From a virus (Duplodnaviria > Caudoviricetes): a stretch of 64,000 nucleotides of DNA. How positions within the stretch are numbered: the first letter of the stretch is position 1; each line of letters begins with the position of its first letter. Positions 20,030 through 29,847 of the stretch are shown one piece after another. The stretch lies in the IMG/VR virus record IMGVR_UViG_3300007513_000003, one strand, 5' to 3'. The notes under the pieces were generated by a model. The model had not been told where the DNA came from. It was given only the letters and a program-made list of their open reading frames with translations, and ran no database searches. Made by a program: the position numbers and the translations under genes.

Positions 20030-20230
20030 TTAGGATTGTTCGCCAGTAGAGATGAATTCTAAACCGGCATATCTACCAACGTATGTTTTATCAACAGGAG
20101 TTTTTCTATATAGCTTAATAGGAACGTCTGTTCCATGAATAGCCACCTCAAGTATTTTATCGCTTTTACGTAAAATATCTGCTGGAACCTTTTGATTGTT
20201 GTCAGTACAAGTTAATTCAGTTGTTTTCAT
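20030..20230 (-). CDS. small hypothetical protein
   Basis: 66-aa ORF coupled to the upstream gene. Confidence 0.6.
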   Translation of the reverse strand: MKTTELTCTDNNQKVPADILRKSDKILEVAIHGTDVPIKLYRKTPVDKTYVGRYAGLEFISTGEQS

Positions 20231-20988
20231 TTAAGTAATTTATTTATAAACTCCTGTTCTATATAGTTTGCATAATCTTTATGTGCTTCGGGACCAAAAT
20301 GTTGCCATTTGTCCGATTTATGACCTAAGGCCACTGACTTACGAGTGAAAGCAATGGATGGATCATAGGGATCATTAAACAACCATGCGTCATTATTCCA
20401 GTTATTTTTAAAGAATTCGTTTACATTAAAAACCTCGTGTAAATGTAAAAACATGTGCTTAAAGTTTCTTTTAGTTAACCAATCACTAAATTCTTTAAAG
20501 TAGTATTGAAACTCTAGAGTTCTAGATTGAAATATTATGTTGCCTGTTTCCTTATGGTCATTTAATAGTCTATTTGTATAGTTAGACCACATCATGCTAA
20601 GTGTAATCCATTCAGCACTTTTGTCATGCCAGCGTATTTTATCAAAATTGGGAGGAAGCACACTTTCGCGAAAATTATACTGGTATAACGGTTCGCCACA
20701 TATTTGATGCCATACTCCATCTGCATACCATTCGGTACGTTCAACTGTTGACCACCCTATTAGAACTATAGTATTTTCAGGGTCTTTATCTCTTAGAAAT
20801 TCTTTACTAGTGCGAATAATTCTGTTGTTACTACATCCAGCAACGGATTCATTTATATAGTCTAGATTATGTTTTTTTGCTAGTAATCCAGCAAATGATA
20901 CTTCAGGCTGAAACATTATAGATTCTTCACTGTTTGGATGTTGGTAAGTTGCCGCAAGATGGCTGTCGCCGTTAGTGTATAAAAGCAT
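20227..20988 (-). CDS. SGNH/GDSL hydrolase-like protein
   Basis: LYTNGDSH block I, VAGCSNNRI, QHFGPEAH. Confidence 0.7.
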   Translation of the reverse strand: MLLYTNGDSHLAATYQHPNSEESIMFQPEVSFAGLLAKKHNLDYINESVAGCSNNRIIRTSKEFLRDKDPENTIVLIGWSTVERTEWYADGVWHQICGEPLYQYNFRESVLPPNFDKIRWHDKSAEWITLSMMWSNYTNRLLNDHKETGNIIFQSRTLEFQYYFKEFSDWLTKRNFKHMFLHLHEVFNVNEFFKNNWNNDAWLFNDPYDPSIAFTRKSVALGHKSDKWQHFGPEAHKDYANYIEQEFINKLLK

Positions 20989-21006
20989 TATTTACAAGTC
21001 AATATG

Positions 21007-21465
21007 TTAATTAACATAATCATCAAATAAACCATGTATTACATCAACAGCATTTTGAAAATCGTTAAACACCCAATTTGCCTTCGCTTTAATAAGTGGA
21101 TGGTTAGCGAGATATTCATCATCTGTGACGACAATAAGAGGTTTTCTTAAGCCAATTGCCCAACCAATTTCAATAATTGTGCCATATGACGGTCTACGGT
21201 TATTTAGTTCTTTTGGCAAAAATGCTAATACTAAGTCACATGTTTCTGTGTCATACCAATTTTTAGCGGCAATTGCTCCGGGAGCATTAAATCTTGGGTC
21301 ATTTCCAGGACCATATGTTTCTCCTTGCATTGGCTCACAACGCAACGGAGAAATTCCAATAATATTAGGATTTAGTTTTTCACTAACTTCATTTCGCCAG
21401 TCGTTCGCTTCGCCGTAAGTGCATTCCGCAATCGGGCCTGCGAGATAGATGTATTTTTTAGTCAT
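21007..21465 (-). CDS. nucleoside 2-deoxyribosyltransferase / nucleotide N-glycosidase family
   Basis: IYLAGPI, CDLVLA, SYGTIIEIGWA. Confidence 0.85.
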   Translation of the reverse strand: MTKKYIYLAGPIAECTYGEANDWRNEVSEKLNPNIIGISPLRCEPMQGETYGPGNDPRFNAPGAIAAKNWYDTETCDLVLAFLPKELNNRRPSYGTIIEIGWAIGLRKPLIVVTDDEYLANHPLIKAKANWVFNDFQNAVDVIHGLFDDYVN

Positions 21466-21471
21466 AACACA

Positions 21472-21500
21472 ATTTTATACTATGTTACTAAGAAAGTCAA
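21472..21500 (-). promoter_or_regulatory. sigma70-type promoter
   Basis: TTGACT-N17-TAAAAT. Confidence 0.6.
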
Positions 21501-21510
21501 GTATATTGTT

Positions 21511-22143
21511 CTAGTCTGCTAAACCTGCGGCCTTAAGGAATAACTCGTCGTTAAAACGTGGGTTGTCTTGTCTAAACAAGGTTACCAAACGATCAGCAAA
21601 GTCCATTCTTGCATTAAGGTCTGTAATTTCTTGCAACATACTTGCAAATAGTTCATAATGCTTGCGTGAAAATGCTTCGTCTAGTTGTTGATCAGAAGTT
21701 TCATCAACTTCTTCAACACTTTCTGATGTTGCTAACATAGCACGTTGAACGGCTGGGTGCTCTGATAAGCCTGGAGCAATACCTTCAATTGCTTCTATTG
21801 CGTCTGTTAAGTTGCCACCTTTATAACGTGGATCATTTAAAATACCAAAAGCCATTCTAATTTGTTTTTCTGTGAACTCGCCATCTTCTCTTTCATACTT
21901 GGATTTATGGAGTGTTCCATGGTCTGTGTCTTCTTCTTCACTGCTTACAAGTTTATATTCACTCGCTGGGCGATCATCAAAGTCATCAACACTTACCCAT
22001 GCTTCTTCTAACTCGTCATCTTCTTCTAATGCTTCAAGTTCTTCTAGAGTAAGTTCTTCTTCAACCTCGTCCTCTGCAATAACATCTGCAGGCTTTGGTT
22101 GGTTAATTAAGTCTAGTGTTGTTAAAATGCTTCTCATATCCAT
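21511..22143 (-). CDS. acidic probable virion/head protein
   Basis: MDMRSIL leader, several L-x-E sites, late box upstream. Confidence 0.55.
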   Translation of the reverse strand: MDMRSILTTLDLINQPKPADVIAEDEVEEELTLEELEALEEDDELEEAWVSVDDFDDRPASEYKLVSSEEEDTDHGTLHKSKYEREDGEFTEKQIRMAFGILNDPRYKGGNLTDAIEAIEGIAPGLSEHPAVQRAMLATSESVEEVDETSDQQLDEAFSRKHYELFASMLQEITDLNARMDFADRLVTLFRQDNPRFNDELFLKAAGLAD

Positions 22144-22200
22144 AGTAATGTTTCCATCGTAAAGTTAATAAAGTACTATTGTATTTATGTAAATATTAAT

Positions 22201-23088
22201 ATGAACGATGATTTAAAAAAAGTCCGTAAAATGGATTTAGATGTACTAGACAAATTTCTACTAGAAAAAACAGATTATTCTAATGTAAAACCATTAAATT
22301 TAAAGTTTGATGTTATTTTTATGAGTTATTATGAAAAAGATGCTGATAAAAACTTTGAAACTTTAAAAAAACTAGTACCAAATGCAAAAAGAGTAAATGG
22401 CGTTACGGGCATACTCAATGCTTATAACGCATGTAGGGAATTGTCCGAAACAAAATTTTATTATATTGTCGAAGGAGACAATATTATATGTAATGATTTT
22501 GACTTTAAACTTCCTATTCAATGGTATAAAAACGTTTTGTACCATAATATTCGTGATCAAAAAGAAAATTCTATTCCGGTTGACATAGAAACAATTTATC
22601 CAAATTTATCAGTTATGTGGGATACAGTAAATCCTATTAACGGAGAAATTTTACCACACAGTCCAATAGGCTTTACATATAAATCTAATAAACCATATAT
22701 ATATTATCCAAAAGCTACCGCAGCTGATACATTTAAAGCGTCCGGAGTTCCTGTACGACGAATCGGAAGTATTGATGCATTTAATTCTTCTCCTTACGAT
22801 GCATGGAAGGCAGGCTTTAGAATAGGAAATAGACTTACTTATCAAATACTAAATATGAAGACACCCAAGCACGATACACTTTACCAAGAAGAAAGATTGC
22901 ACCATTGGGAAAGCGTAGGTTATGATCGTTATAACGGTAAATATTGCATAGAAGGTGTTAAGTTAGGAATGTCGTTAGCCTTGAAGGACGATAATTGGTG
23001 GCTAAAATATAGAGAGACGTCACAAAATTTTAATAATTTAAAAAATATTTTTAAAAAAGAGTATGGAACAGAGTATCACAATAACTGA
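22201..23088 (+). CDS. glycosyltransferase-like phage protein
   Basis: FDVIFMSYYE, RVNGVTGI, YIVEGDN, AWKAGFR. Confidence 0.55.
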   Translation: MNDDLKKVRKMDLDVLDKFLLEKTDYSNVKPLNLKFDVIFMSYYEKDADKNFETLKKLVPNAKRVNGVTGILNAYNACRELSETKFYYIVEGDNIICNDFDFKLPIQWYKNVLYHNIRDQKENSIPVDIETIYPNLSVMWDTVNPINGEILPHSPIGFTYKSNKPYIYYPKATAADTFKASGVPVRRIGSIDAFNSSPYDAWKAGFRIGNRLTYQILNMKTPKHDTLYQEERLHHWESVGYDRYNGKYCIEGVKLGMSLALKDDNWWLKYRETSQNFNNLKNIFKKEYGTEYHNN

Positions 23089-23395
23089 ATCAGCACTAGC
23101 ACAACTACTAGTGATTGCAAACAAAAACGAAGTATCCGACGTTAGATACTTTTTAGATGGCGGCGGATGTTCCGGGTTGCTTGGTAAATGGGCAATTGGA
23201 ACAGGTAAAGAGGAAAGCGATATTACTTTTGATCTAGGCGAAAGTAAAGAACTTCTAATAGATAGTTTAACAGCATCATATATGAAAGATGCTACTATAG
23301 ATTATACTGGTGATTTTATGCCTGCTTTTAAAGTAACAATACCAGACACTAATTCATGCGGTTGTGGCGAATCTTTTCAGATGCCTAATAATTAG
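23063..23395 (+). CDS. HesB/IscA family Fe-S cluster carrier
   Basis: ITITESA, GGGCSG, SCGCGESF. Confidence 0.9.
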   Translation: MEQSITITESALAQLLVIANKNEVSDVRYFLDGGGCSGLLGKWAIGTGKEESDITFDLGESKELLIDSLTASYMKDATIDYTGDFMPAFKVTIPDTNSCGCGESFQMPNN

Positions 23396-24051
23396 ACTGT
23401 AAATCTTTCCACACTTTTATTAATAATTAAATTATAAATTTCTTCCCAATTTTTTGCTAAGGGAATGTCACCTTCATAGTCCATATTATGCCCGTGTTCG
23501 AATATAACGCTGTTAAGTCCTAAACGTTTTCCTACTTCTGCATTTTTTACTTTATCTTCGATCCACCAGCATTGTGTATTTCTGTACGGCGATAGTGCTT
23601 CATCTTTGTCGGCACCAGTATCTAGACAAATAACTTTCTCAAATGCTGTTTCACCAAACAGTTTTGCCAAGTTTCTCTCACGTAGTTTACCTGCGTATGG
23701 ATCTGTGCTTAGTGATGTAATAGCATGGAAAACATAACCGTGCTGTTCATGTAATTTCTTAACATAGTGAACAGAGTCACGCGAGGGCGGCAAAAATCCA
23801 ATTGACGCACTTTCATTAAAACTTGATGTGAGTCGTTTGCCTTGTTCTGGTGTAATGCTAAAACGTTTAGCAATACCATATATTTGTTTGTGTTCTTTTA
23901 TAGGAGTGTGTCCGTGTTTTTCCATCCATACGTGAAAAGCAAACTCCCAATCTAGTAAAACGCCATCTACGTCTGTTAGTATTATTTTGTCTTTTATCAT
24001 GTCTTTGTATTGTTCATAAGTTTTTATATTATATGTGGATATTGTAGTCAC
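23392..24051 (-). CDS. HAD-superfamily 5'(3')-deoxyribonucleotidase-like hydrolase
   Basis: ILTDVDGVLLDW (DxD motif), WWIEDK. Confidence 0.8.
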   Translation of the reverse strand: MTTISTYNIKTYEQYKDMIKDKIILTDVDGVLLDWEFAFHVWMEKHGHTPIKEHKQIYGIAKRFSITPEQGKRLTSSFNESASIGFLPPSRDSVHYVKKLHEQHGYVFHAITSLSTDPYAGKLRERNLAKLFGETAFEKVICLDTGADKDEALSPYRNTQCWWIEDKVKNAEVGKRLGLNSVIFEHGHNMDYEGDIPLAKNWEEIYNLIINKSVERFTV

Positions 24052-24248
24052 TATTCACTAGAAGGCTTTGCTGTGGTTTTAAACCAGCCAGTCCCTTTAA
24101 GAACAAAGTTAGATTGTGATATTATTTTTTTAAGTGTTTCTTGAGAGCAATGTGGGCAAAACTTTAATGGCTCATCATTTATTTTTTGCATGACTTCTAC
24201 CATCATTTCACATACTTCATTTGTGCATTTATATTCGTATATTGGCAT
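24051..24248 (-). CDS. FmdB family zinc-ribbon protein
   Basis: MPIYEYKC...CPHC...FVLKGTGWFKT. Confidence 0.88.
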   Translation of the reverse strand: MPIYEYKCTNEVCEMMVEVMQKINDEPLKFCPHCSQETLKKIISQSNFVLKGTGWFKTTAKPSSE

Positions 24249-24250
24249 AT

Positions 24251-24547
24251 TTAAATATCCAAATCTTGATCATCCAATATTGATTCAATATGTGGTGATA
24301 CTGTTTTATAATCAGCGATTTCCATTAAAAGCGCATCATCTTTAACCATATATATATAGGCTATACTATTTGGATTTCTCTTTCGCATAACTTTTTCAAG
24401 CCACACTATTTTATTTGATTCTGCAACCTTTCTTTCTTCGCCTTTTGAAATGATATGCCAAAGTCTTACTGGCTTCCAAGCAAACCAAATATGCCATTCT
24501 TGTAATCTTATACGCTTTTCATCCCTGGTTTCTTTTGTCCAATGCAT
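24251..24547 (-). CDS. hypothetical protein
   Basis: 98-aa ORF with WHIWFAWKPV motif. Confidence 0.65.
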   Translation of the reverse strand: MHWTKETRDEKRIRLQEWHIWFAWKPVRLWHIISKGEERKVAESNKIVWLEKVMRKRNPNSIAYIYMVKDDALLMEIADYKTVSPHIESILDDQDLDI

Positions 24548-24559
24548 TGTTGAGATTTC

Positions 24560-25351
24560 CTATGCAAACTGTTCTCCATATTCATCAATTGATTCAAAAT
24601 CATGCTCATTTGCTAACATCGCATTTCCATATTCAATAACCATTAACTTACATGCTTTGCGTTTGTTTTCATTACGCAATGCATGGAATTGACCCAATGG
24701 AATATAAAAATGTTGATGAGCGTCTAAATCACGTGATTTAATATTTCCTAATGTTTCTTCCCATGCATAGTCTACTATACATTGACCACCCATAACAAAC
24801 CAAAATTCACTTTTTCTCATATGGCGCCCAAAAGTCATTTGATGTTTGGGTTCCAAACTTACTTCTTTTACTCTACAATTACTATCTTGATATACAACAT
24901 TATAATAACCATAATCCGTATAACACATACCAAATTTATAATTACGAATCAATTGACTAGATGAAGTCTTCTTTTCAAAACCACCAACGCCAAAAATAAA
25001 CTCAACGTCTGCTATTGCTTGTTCAGGAACATTGGTGGTGTCTCTGTCACCCCCGTTGGCAAAAACAATTGTATCATTTGGATAATGTTCCTTTATTTTT
25101 TCTAATGCATGGATGGCAGTATTGTCTTTGTCATTAAATCCAACTACATCGTCTACTACTGAAAGACTATTAAGAATAAGTGCCCTCTCTTCAAAAAGCA
25201 TAAATGATCTACCTTTTTTACGAGAAAGCCACTTGTCACTGTTTAAAGCCACGATAAGTTTGTCGCCAAGTTTTTTGGCCTCATTAAATAATGCAATGTG
25301 CCCTTTATGAATCGGATCAAATCCGCCTGAGACTACTACTATCGTCGCCAT
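24560..25351 (-). CDS. cytidylyltransferase-like (HIGH) domain fused to a cupin (sugar isomerase-like) domain
   Basis: SGGFDPIHKGHI, ALNSD, FANGGDR; C-terminal RHMRKSEFW...FHAL. Confidence 0.85.
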   Translation of the reverse strand: MATIVVVSGGFDPIHKGHIALFNEAKKLGDKLIVALNSDKWLSRKKGRSFMLFEERALILNSLSVVDDVVGFNDKDNTAIHALEKIKEHYPNDTIVFANGGDRDTTNVPEQAIADVEFIFGVGGFEKKTSSSQLIRNYKFGMCYTDYGYYNVVYQDSNCRVKEVSLEPKHQMTFGRHMRKSEFWFVMGGQCIVDYAWEETLGNIKSRDLDAHQHFYIPLGQFHALRNENKRKACKLMVIEYGNAMLANEHDFESIDEYGEQFA

Positions 25352-25388
25352 ATTAATATTTATTCGTAATCTATTTTACTGTACTATA

Positions 25389-25417
25389 ATTATATATTAC
25401 ATTACGGTCATTGTCAA
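25389..25417 (-). promoter_or_regulatory. sigma70-type promoter
   Basis: TTGACA-N17-TATAAT. Confidence 0.8.
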
Positions 25418-26436
25418 GAAATAGCGTATTTGTTTAGATTGCGCTCGAATTCGCTCAAACGTTTATATATTGAACGCAATTCTGTAATTGTTGTCCAGTT
25501 ATGCAAGAATAATGCAAACCCACCATGTACTTTCTGGAACGCATTTGACACTTGCACTACTACACCTAATAATACAGCACCAGTAAACAAACTTGGACCT
25601 ACGATTAAGTAAGGCACAATAACCATTGCTTGATCATACATAATCATCCATGTGTCAAAATATCCATAGTGTAAGTACAAACGTTGATAGTTGAAACGTA
25701 TGCCTGTGAATAAACTTGCTAATGTTTCTGGTTGTGCATAGTTTACTTTGTCATCTTCACCAAACACTAAATCCTTTCTAAATGCGGCTTCGACACGTTG
25801 ATTGTTATATTCAAGTCCGGGCAGTTTAATACCTACAAACCATGAAATAACCAACCCGCCTATAGATACAAATAATGCTACCCATACAAGTGAGCCAGGA
25901 ATGTCGCTAAAGAATGGAATAGTAACTGAAGAACTTAACCCCCACAGCACTGGAATAAACGCAACGAGTGTCATTAACGCCCGCACAACTTGCAATCCCA
26001 AACTTTCTACAATTCTAGCAAACCGATTGCAGTCCTCTTGAATACGCTGTGATGCACCTTCAATTTCTTCTTCAACATTGCGCCAACGCGGAATGTAGTC
26101 AAAGGTCATTGCCTCTCGCCAACGGAGTCCGTATATGCGTGTAAACCACCCAGTGAGCACCGCTAACAGCACATATGGAAATGCTAATACAGCAAATGAG
26201 GGATCACCATCACTAAAATATTGTAAGCCTAGTAATTTTTCATAAAATAAAGAAATGCCTTCACTGGCATTATTTTTATATTCACCAGACTTTTGTAGTA
26301 AGTCATAAAATCCACCATACCATGTGTTTATCGCTACTGTTAATTGAACTTGTAACCATAACGATATAACTAATAGAGAGCCACCGCCATAAGCCCATAG
26401 TGCCCATTTCTTAGTTTTATAAAATGCTTTTATCAT
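25414..26436 (-). CDS. sbmA: SbmA/BacA-like peptide transporter
   Basis: QVQLTVAINTWYGGFYDLLQ, EGASQRIQED, NNQRVEAAFRKDLV, multiple TM helices. Confidence 0.8.
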   Translation of the reverse strand: MIKAFYKTKKWALWAYGGGSLLVISLWLQVQLTVAINTWYGGFYDLLQKSGEYKNNASEGISLFYEKLLGLQYFSDGDPSFAVLAFPYVLLAVLTGWFTRIYGLRWREAMTFDYIPRWRNVEEEIEGASQRIQEDCNRFARIVESLGLQVVRALMTLVAFIPVLWGLSSSVTIPFFSDIPGSLVWVALFVSIGGLVISWFVGIKLPGLEYNNQRVEAAFRKDLVFGEDDKVNYAQPETLASLFTGIRFNYQRLYLHYGYFDTWMIMYDQAMVIVPYLIVGPSLFTGAVLLGVVVQVSNAFQKVHGGFALFLHNWTTITELRSIYKRLSEFERNLNKYAIS

Positions 26437-26678
26437 TTATTTTTGTGCCGATAAATTAAAGTGTCCATTAATTGAACTATGATTGATAGATCATGATTAA
26501 AATCTTCATTATCAGTATCAATACCGCTTTCTGCTAAAACATCGAGTGTCTTAATTAACCAACGATCAGATACTGTTTTAGTAAATTCATCATCGAAAAT
26601 TTTATGTAGGAAATTTCCGTCAATATTGGTTTCGTCTATTTTCTTTCCTTTAATATCAACGACGTTGTCATCACTCAT
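26433..26678 (-). CDS. hypothetical protein
   Basis: Likely start MSDDNVVDI at 26678. Confidence 0.6.
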   Translation of the reverse strand: MSDDNVVDIKGKKIDETNIDGNFLHKIFDDEFTKTVSDRWLIKTLDVLAESGIDTDNEDFNHDLSIIVQLMDTLIYRHKNK

Positions 26679-27024
26679 CTGGCCAGTCCCTGTATAATGC
26701 GTGTTGGATATCATCTGCTACAAATTGATTGAACGACTTATGTTTTTCATCAACCTTGCCTTCCACTTCATCTAAAACATAGCGATCAGGCCTGGCAACG
26801 CGATGGAAAGCTGACTCCAATTGCGACATGTCTGTTGTTTCAATCATAATATGCCATTCTGGCAAATCTTGTATACTGCGAAATCCTAACTTACAACGTG
26901 TAATACGATATGATTCGATTTTATTTTCTTCTTTGAGTTGATTAAGGAAACTTTTAATATTGTCGACAAATTCTTCGTCGGTAATATCACCTTCAATATT
27001 TGCCCAGACGTGATAGATATCCAT
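26671..27024 (-). CDS. conserved hypothetical protein (dimeric alpha/beta-barrel-like, DUF6614-like)
   Basis: YHVW, RITRCKLGF, EWHIMIE. Confidence 0.55.
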   Translation of the reverse strand: MDIYHVWANIEGDITDEEFVDNIKSFLNQLKEENKIESYRITRCKLGFRSIQDLPEWHIMIETTDMSQLESAFHRVARPDRYVLDEVEGKVDEKHKSFNQFVADDIQHALYRDWPDE

Positions 27025-27053
27025 AATAATACTTATGCATAAAGAATTTATGT

Positions 27054-27473
27054 TTAATTTAAATTGAAATTGTTACATACATTATGTTCTTCACAATCTT
27101 TAATAGAATTTTTAGCAACGTCTATTGCTTTTTCTAGCATTGCGAACCAATGTTCAGCGTCGATATAACCAACCCATCTTACAATTTCTCGCTTTTTTTC
27201 TTCGTCCCATATAAAGAACGTAGGAGTGGCATAAAGTTTTTTTATTTTGCCGTCACGATAGTATTGAATATAATCTAAGTTTTCAATAATACCATGTGTA
27301 ATGTTAATTTCTATCAAAGGAAGATACGAATCTAATTCTGGAGTATAGAGTGGCTGTACTTGTGCCTGCCATGCGCGACACGACGGACACCAATCTGCTT
27401 CTACAACAAATAGTTGTAAACTATACGCTGTTGTTGGTATTAATAATAACAAGAATAATAATAATTTTCTCAT
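27054..27473 (-). CDS. exported thioredoxin-fold protein (SoxS-like)
   Basis: Signal peptide, WCPSC, TPTF, RWVGY. Confidence 0.75.
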   Translation of the reverse strand: MRKLLLFLLLLIPTTAYSLQLFVVEADWCPSCRAWQAQVQPLYTPELDSYLPLIEINITHGIIENLDYIQYYRDGKIKKLYATPTFFIWDEEKKREIVRWVGYIDAEHWFAMLEKAIDVAKNSIKDCEEHNVCNNFNLN

Positions 27474-27503
27474 ACTGTATTTATTATTTAATAAATATTG
27501 ATT

Positions 27504-27737
27504 ATGGACGATGGCATAATAGACTTTGACAAAATATTGAAGTTAAAGAAGAAAAAACAACAAGAAATTGAAGAACTTCGTACAAGAATTAAAGAATTAA
27601 ACAACAACAAATTTTGGATTGAAAAGGAAATTCAAATAGCCGAGTTTCTCATTTTTTCTATAGAAAAAGAAATTGCGCCCGGGGCAGTTGTAGCTGCATT
27701 AATCGAAAATGAGTTGAGAGATCTTGATGAAGAATAA
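27504..27737 (+). CDS. small coiled-coil protein
   Basis: ATG 6 nt after TAAATA. Confidence 0.6.
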   Translation: MDDGIIDFDKILKLKKKKQQEIEELRTRIKELNNNKFWIEKEIQIAEFLIFSIEKEIAPGAVVAALIENELRDLDEE

Positions 27738-28311
27738 TATAGCATTTGTACTAGGGAATGGCACAAGTAGACAAGCGATATCTTTAGACAGTTTAAAAGA
27801 AAATGGAATAGTCTATGGATGTAATGCATTGTATAGAGAGTTCACTCCACATCATCTTGTCGCCGTTAATCCTGAAATGATATTTGAAATTAATAAGGCA
27901 AAATATAAAGGAGCAACCTACTTTGAAAATCCACACGGCTGGAGTTCTGGACCTACAGCATTGTGGTTAGCAAGTAACATTGGACATACCACCATCTACA
28001 TATTAGGATTTGACTTTACTGGTTTAAACGGAAAAATTAATAATATATATGCCGGCACACCAAACTATCTAGACACTGATTCTGAAGAAGTGTATTATGG
28101 TAACTGGTTAAAACATACTGCTGAAGTTATAGAAGAGTTCCCACAAATAGATTATATTAGAATTAAAAACAACAATTATAATCCTGAAAAATTATCTATA
28201 CTTAGTAATTACAATGAAGAGGAAATAAGTATGTTTGCAAAAAGAATAAACTTAGCAAATGATATCGGCCAAATTCATCAGGTATTACGAACTAAAAAAG
28301 TTTTTAATTAG
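27727..28311 (+). CDS. GNG.SR/MptE(DUF115)-like protein, paralogue of 15657..16301
   Basis: AFVLGNGTSR, YGCNA, WSSGP, ILGFDF. Confidence 0.6.
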   Translation: MKNNIAFVLGNGTSRQAISLDSLKENGIVYGCNALYREFTPHHLVAVNPEMIFEINKAKYKGATYFENPHGWSSGPTALWLASNIGHTTIYILGFDFTGLNGKINNIYAGTPNYLDTDSEEVYYGNWLKHTAEVIEEFPQIDYIRIKNNNYNPEKLSILSNYNEEEISMFAKRINLANDIGQIHQVLRTKKVFN

Positions 28312-28795
28312 CGGGGTTTGAAAGGAAACGATCTTTTTCTAGGCCATACTTGTCTAATATATAGTAATATAAATCTACATATTTTTCATAATGCAGTATT
28401 TCGTAATCTCTGCCGCGCCCATCTTGCGATCGTTCTAGCCATGTTTCTGGATTTGCTGATCCTTTTGACCTGTTAATAGAAGAACATGCCGGAACATGAT
28501 TTTCCGAATCATTAGCAAACTCTACCCAAAGTTCTTTTGGTAATCCTAACTCACATGCTTCTTTTAAACTTACAACATGGTCAATGTCAATACCGTCGCA
28601 TAGTGGATGAACACCTCGTTCATAGCCTGTATACCAACCATGTGTTGCATCACTTGAGTAGGATCGAAAGTTAAATTGTTCTCTAACGTTAGTACAACCT
28701 TCAACACACGCAACCGCATTAATGCTTGCGTATGTTAGTAAGCCTAATAACCCTAATACTAATATAACATTTTTAATAATATTTCTTGTTATCAT
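28304..28795 (-). CDS. exported HNH nuclease (DUF1524/GmrSD-C-like)
   Basis: Signal peptide; IDIDHVVSL...ANDSENHVPAC..INRSKG. Confidence 0.75.
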   Translation of the reverse strand: MITRNIIKNVILVLGLLGLLTYASINAVACVEGCTNVREQFNFRSYSSDATHGWYTGYERGVHPLCDGIDIDHVVSLKEACELGLPKELWVEFANDSENHVPACSSINRSKGSANPETWLERSQDGRGRDYEILHYEKYVDLYYYILDKYGLEKDRFLSNPAN

Positions 28796-29577
28796 GAATA
28801 CATACTTCCATATAAATCTAAATAAGGTACTAACACATTTTTACACCAGTCACAATGACCTTCATAACTCGGATGCATCCCGTCTTCATAGAGGGTAATA
28901 TTTTTATCTATAGACCATTGCAGTATGCTTTTTTCTAGAGGTATTACTTTAATATTAGAATATCTATGTAAAAAATCCAATGTTTGTGGGTACATCTCGT
29001 CTTTGTATTCTCCATACCAATCCCAACCAAAATATAATATTATTTCTTTGACCGTATTAGACCATAAGCCTATATTAACAAGCGTTTCTTGCAAATGATA
29101 AATTGTTCGGGTAAGGCAGCCAAATTTCATTTCATAATGAAATCTTTGATTGTTTGCTCTAATACTTATTGCTTTCCTGTTAAAAATACTCCATTCTTCT
29201 TCAGTATAACTTTTTAGTTTATTGTGATAGAACCACATCCAATCCCAGTCAGGTTTCTTCTCAACGTCGTCTTCCCCATATTTAAGACCATGAAACTCTA
29301 CATCTTGATCGTCATTCAATAGATAAAAAAGTCTATCTGGCGCTGTTAACTGCCAAAGTAGTGTGGTATCTTTATTAATTAAATTTTTTGCATAAAGATT
29401 AGATAATCTATGGTGTTGTAAATAATTGTCTCCACCGCCTTGTGAAATATGTTTAATATCTAAACTATAGGTACCATTTAAATAGTGCACATAGCCGTGC
29501 TGTTGAGTTAAACTACATCCTGTTAAACTACATCCTAAAGCAACATATTTGTAAGGCGTTTCTTCTTTCGTTTCCAT
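28792..29577 (-). CDS. SGNH hydrolase-like protein
   Basis: ALGCSLT, GGDN, DGMHPSYEGH; start inferred from TAAATA-N5-ATG. Confidence 0.6.
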   Translation of the reverse strand: METKEETPYKYVALGCSLTGCSLTQQHGYVHYLNGTYSLDIKHISQGGGDNYLQHHRLSNLYAKNLINKDTTLLWQLTAPDRLFYLLNDDQDVEFHGLKYGEDDVEKKPDWDWMWFYHNKLKSYTEEEWSIFNRKAISIRANNQRFHYEMKFGCLTRTIYHLQETLVNIGLWSNTVKEIILYFGWDWYGEYKDEMYPQTLDFLHRYSNIKVIPLEKSILQWSIDKNITLYEDGMHPSYEGHCDWCKNVLVPYLDLYGSMYS

Positions 29578-29589
29578 ACACATATTTAG

Positions 29590-29847
29590 TGGGGGCGACT
29601 TTGTTAAGAAGGTGTCGCCCCCGAAACCCCCTACGCGACCGCTAATTAGGCGGCTAATGCGTAATCGTAATAATCGTCATTTGCAATTATATAGTTTGCT
29701 GTTTTTTAATATGGAACTGCTCCCATATGTCGTCCATTTATCCTCTTCACCCTGTCGAAACTGTGTCACCCCCGTAAAAAATTTGGTGGAGGTGCCGGGC
29801 ACTGCCCCCGGGTCCAGAATGCGTACTTTCAACTTCATACGACAATC
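29590..29847 (-). ncRNA. ssrA: two-piece (circularly permuted) tmRNA; tag ANDDYYDYALAA
   Basis: Minus strand: acceptor piece ...GGACCCGGGGGCAGTGCCCGGCACCTCCACCA (ends 29784), 10-nt intervening segment, coding piece GGGGGTGACACAGTTTCGAC (starts 29773); 7-bp acceptor stem with G3:U70; tag ORF 29646-29684; late box 29853-29860. Confidence 0.93.
29591..29622 (-). terminator. GC-rich hairpin at the 3' end of the tmRNA coding piece
   Basis: GGGGGCGAC...GTCGCCCCC. Confidence 0.65.

Noticed and set aside
29761-29815. tRNA-Ala-like sequence
   Set aside because: No anticodon arm and permuted order; it is the tRNA-like domain of tmRNA. No true tRNA gene was spotted by eye in the window
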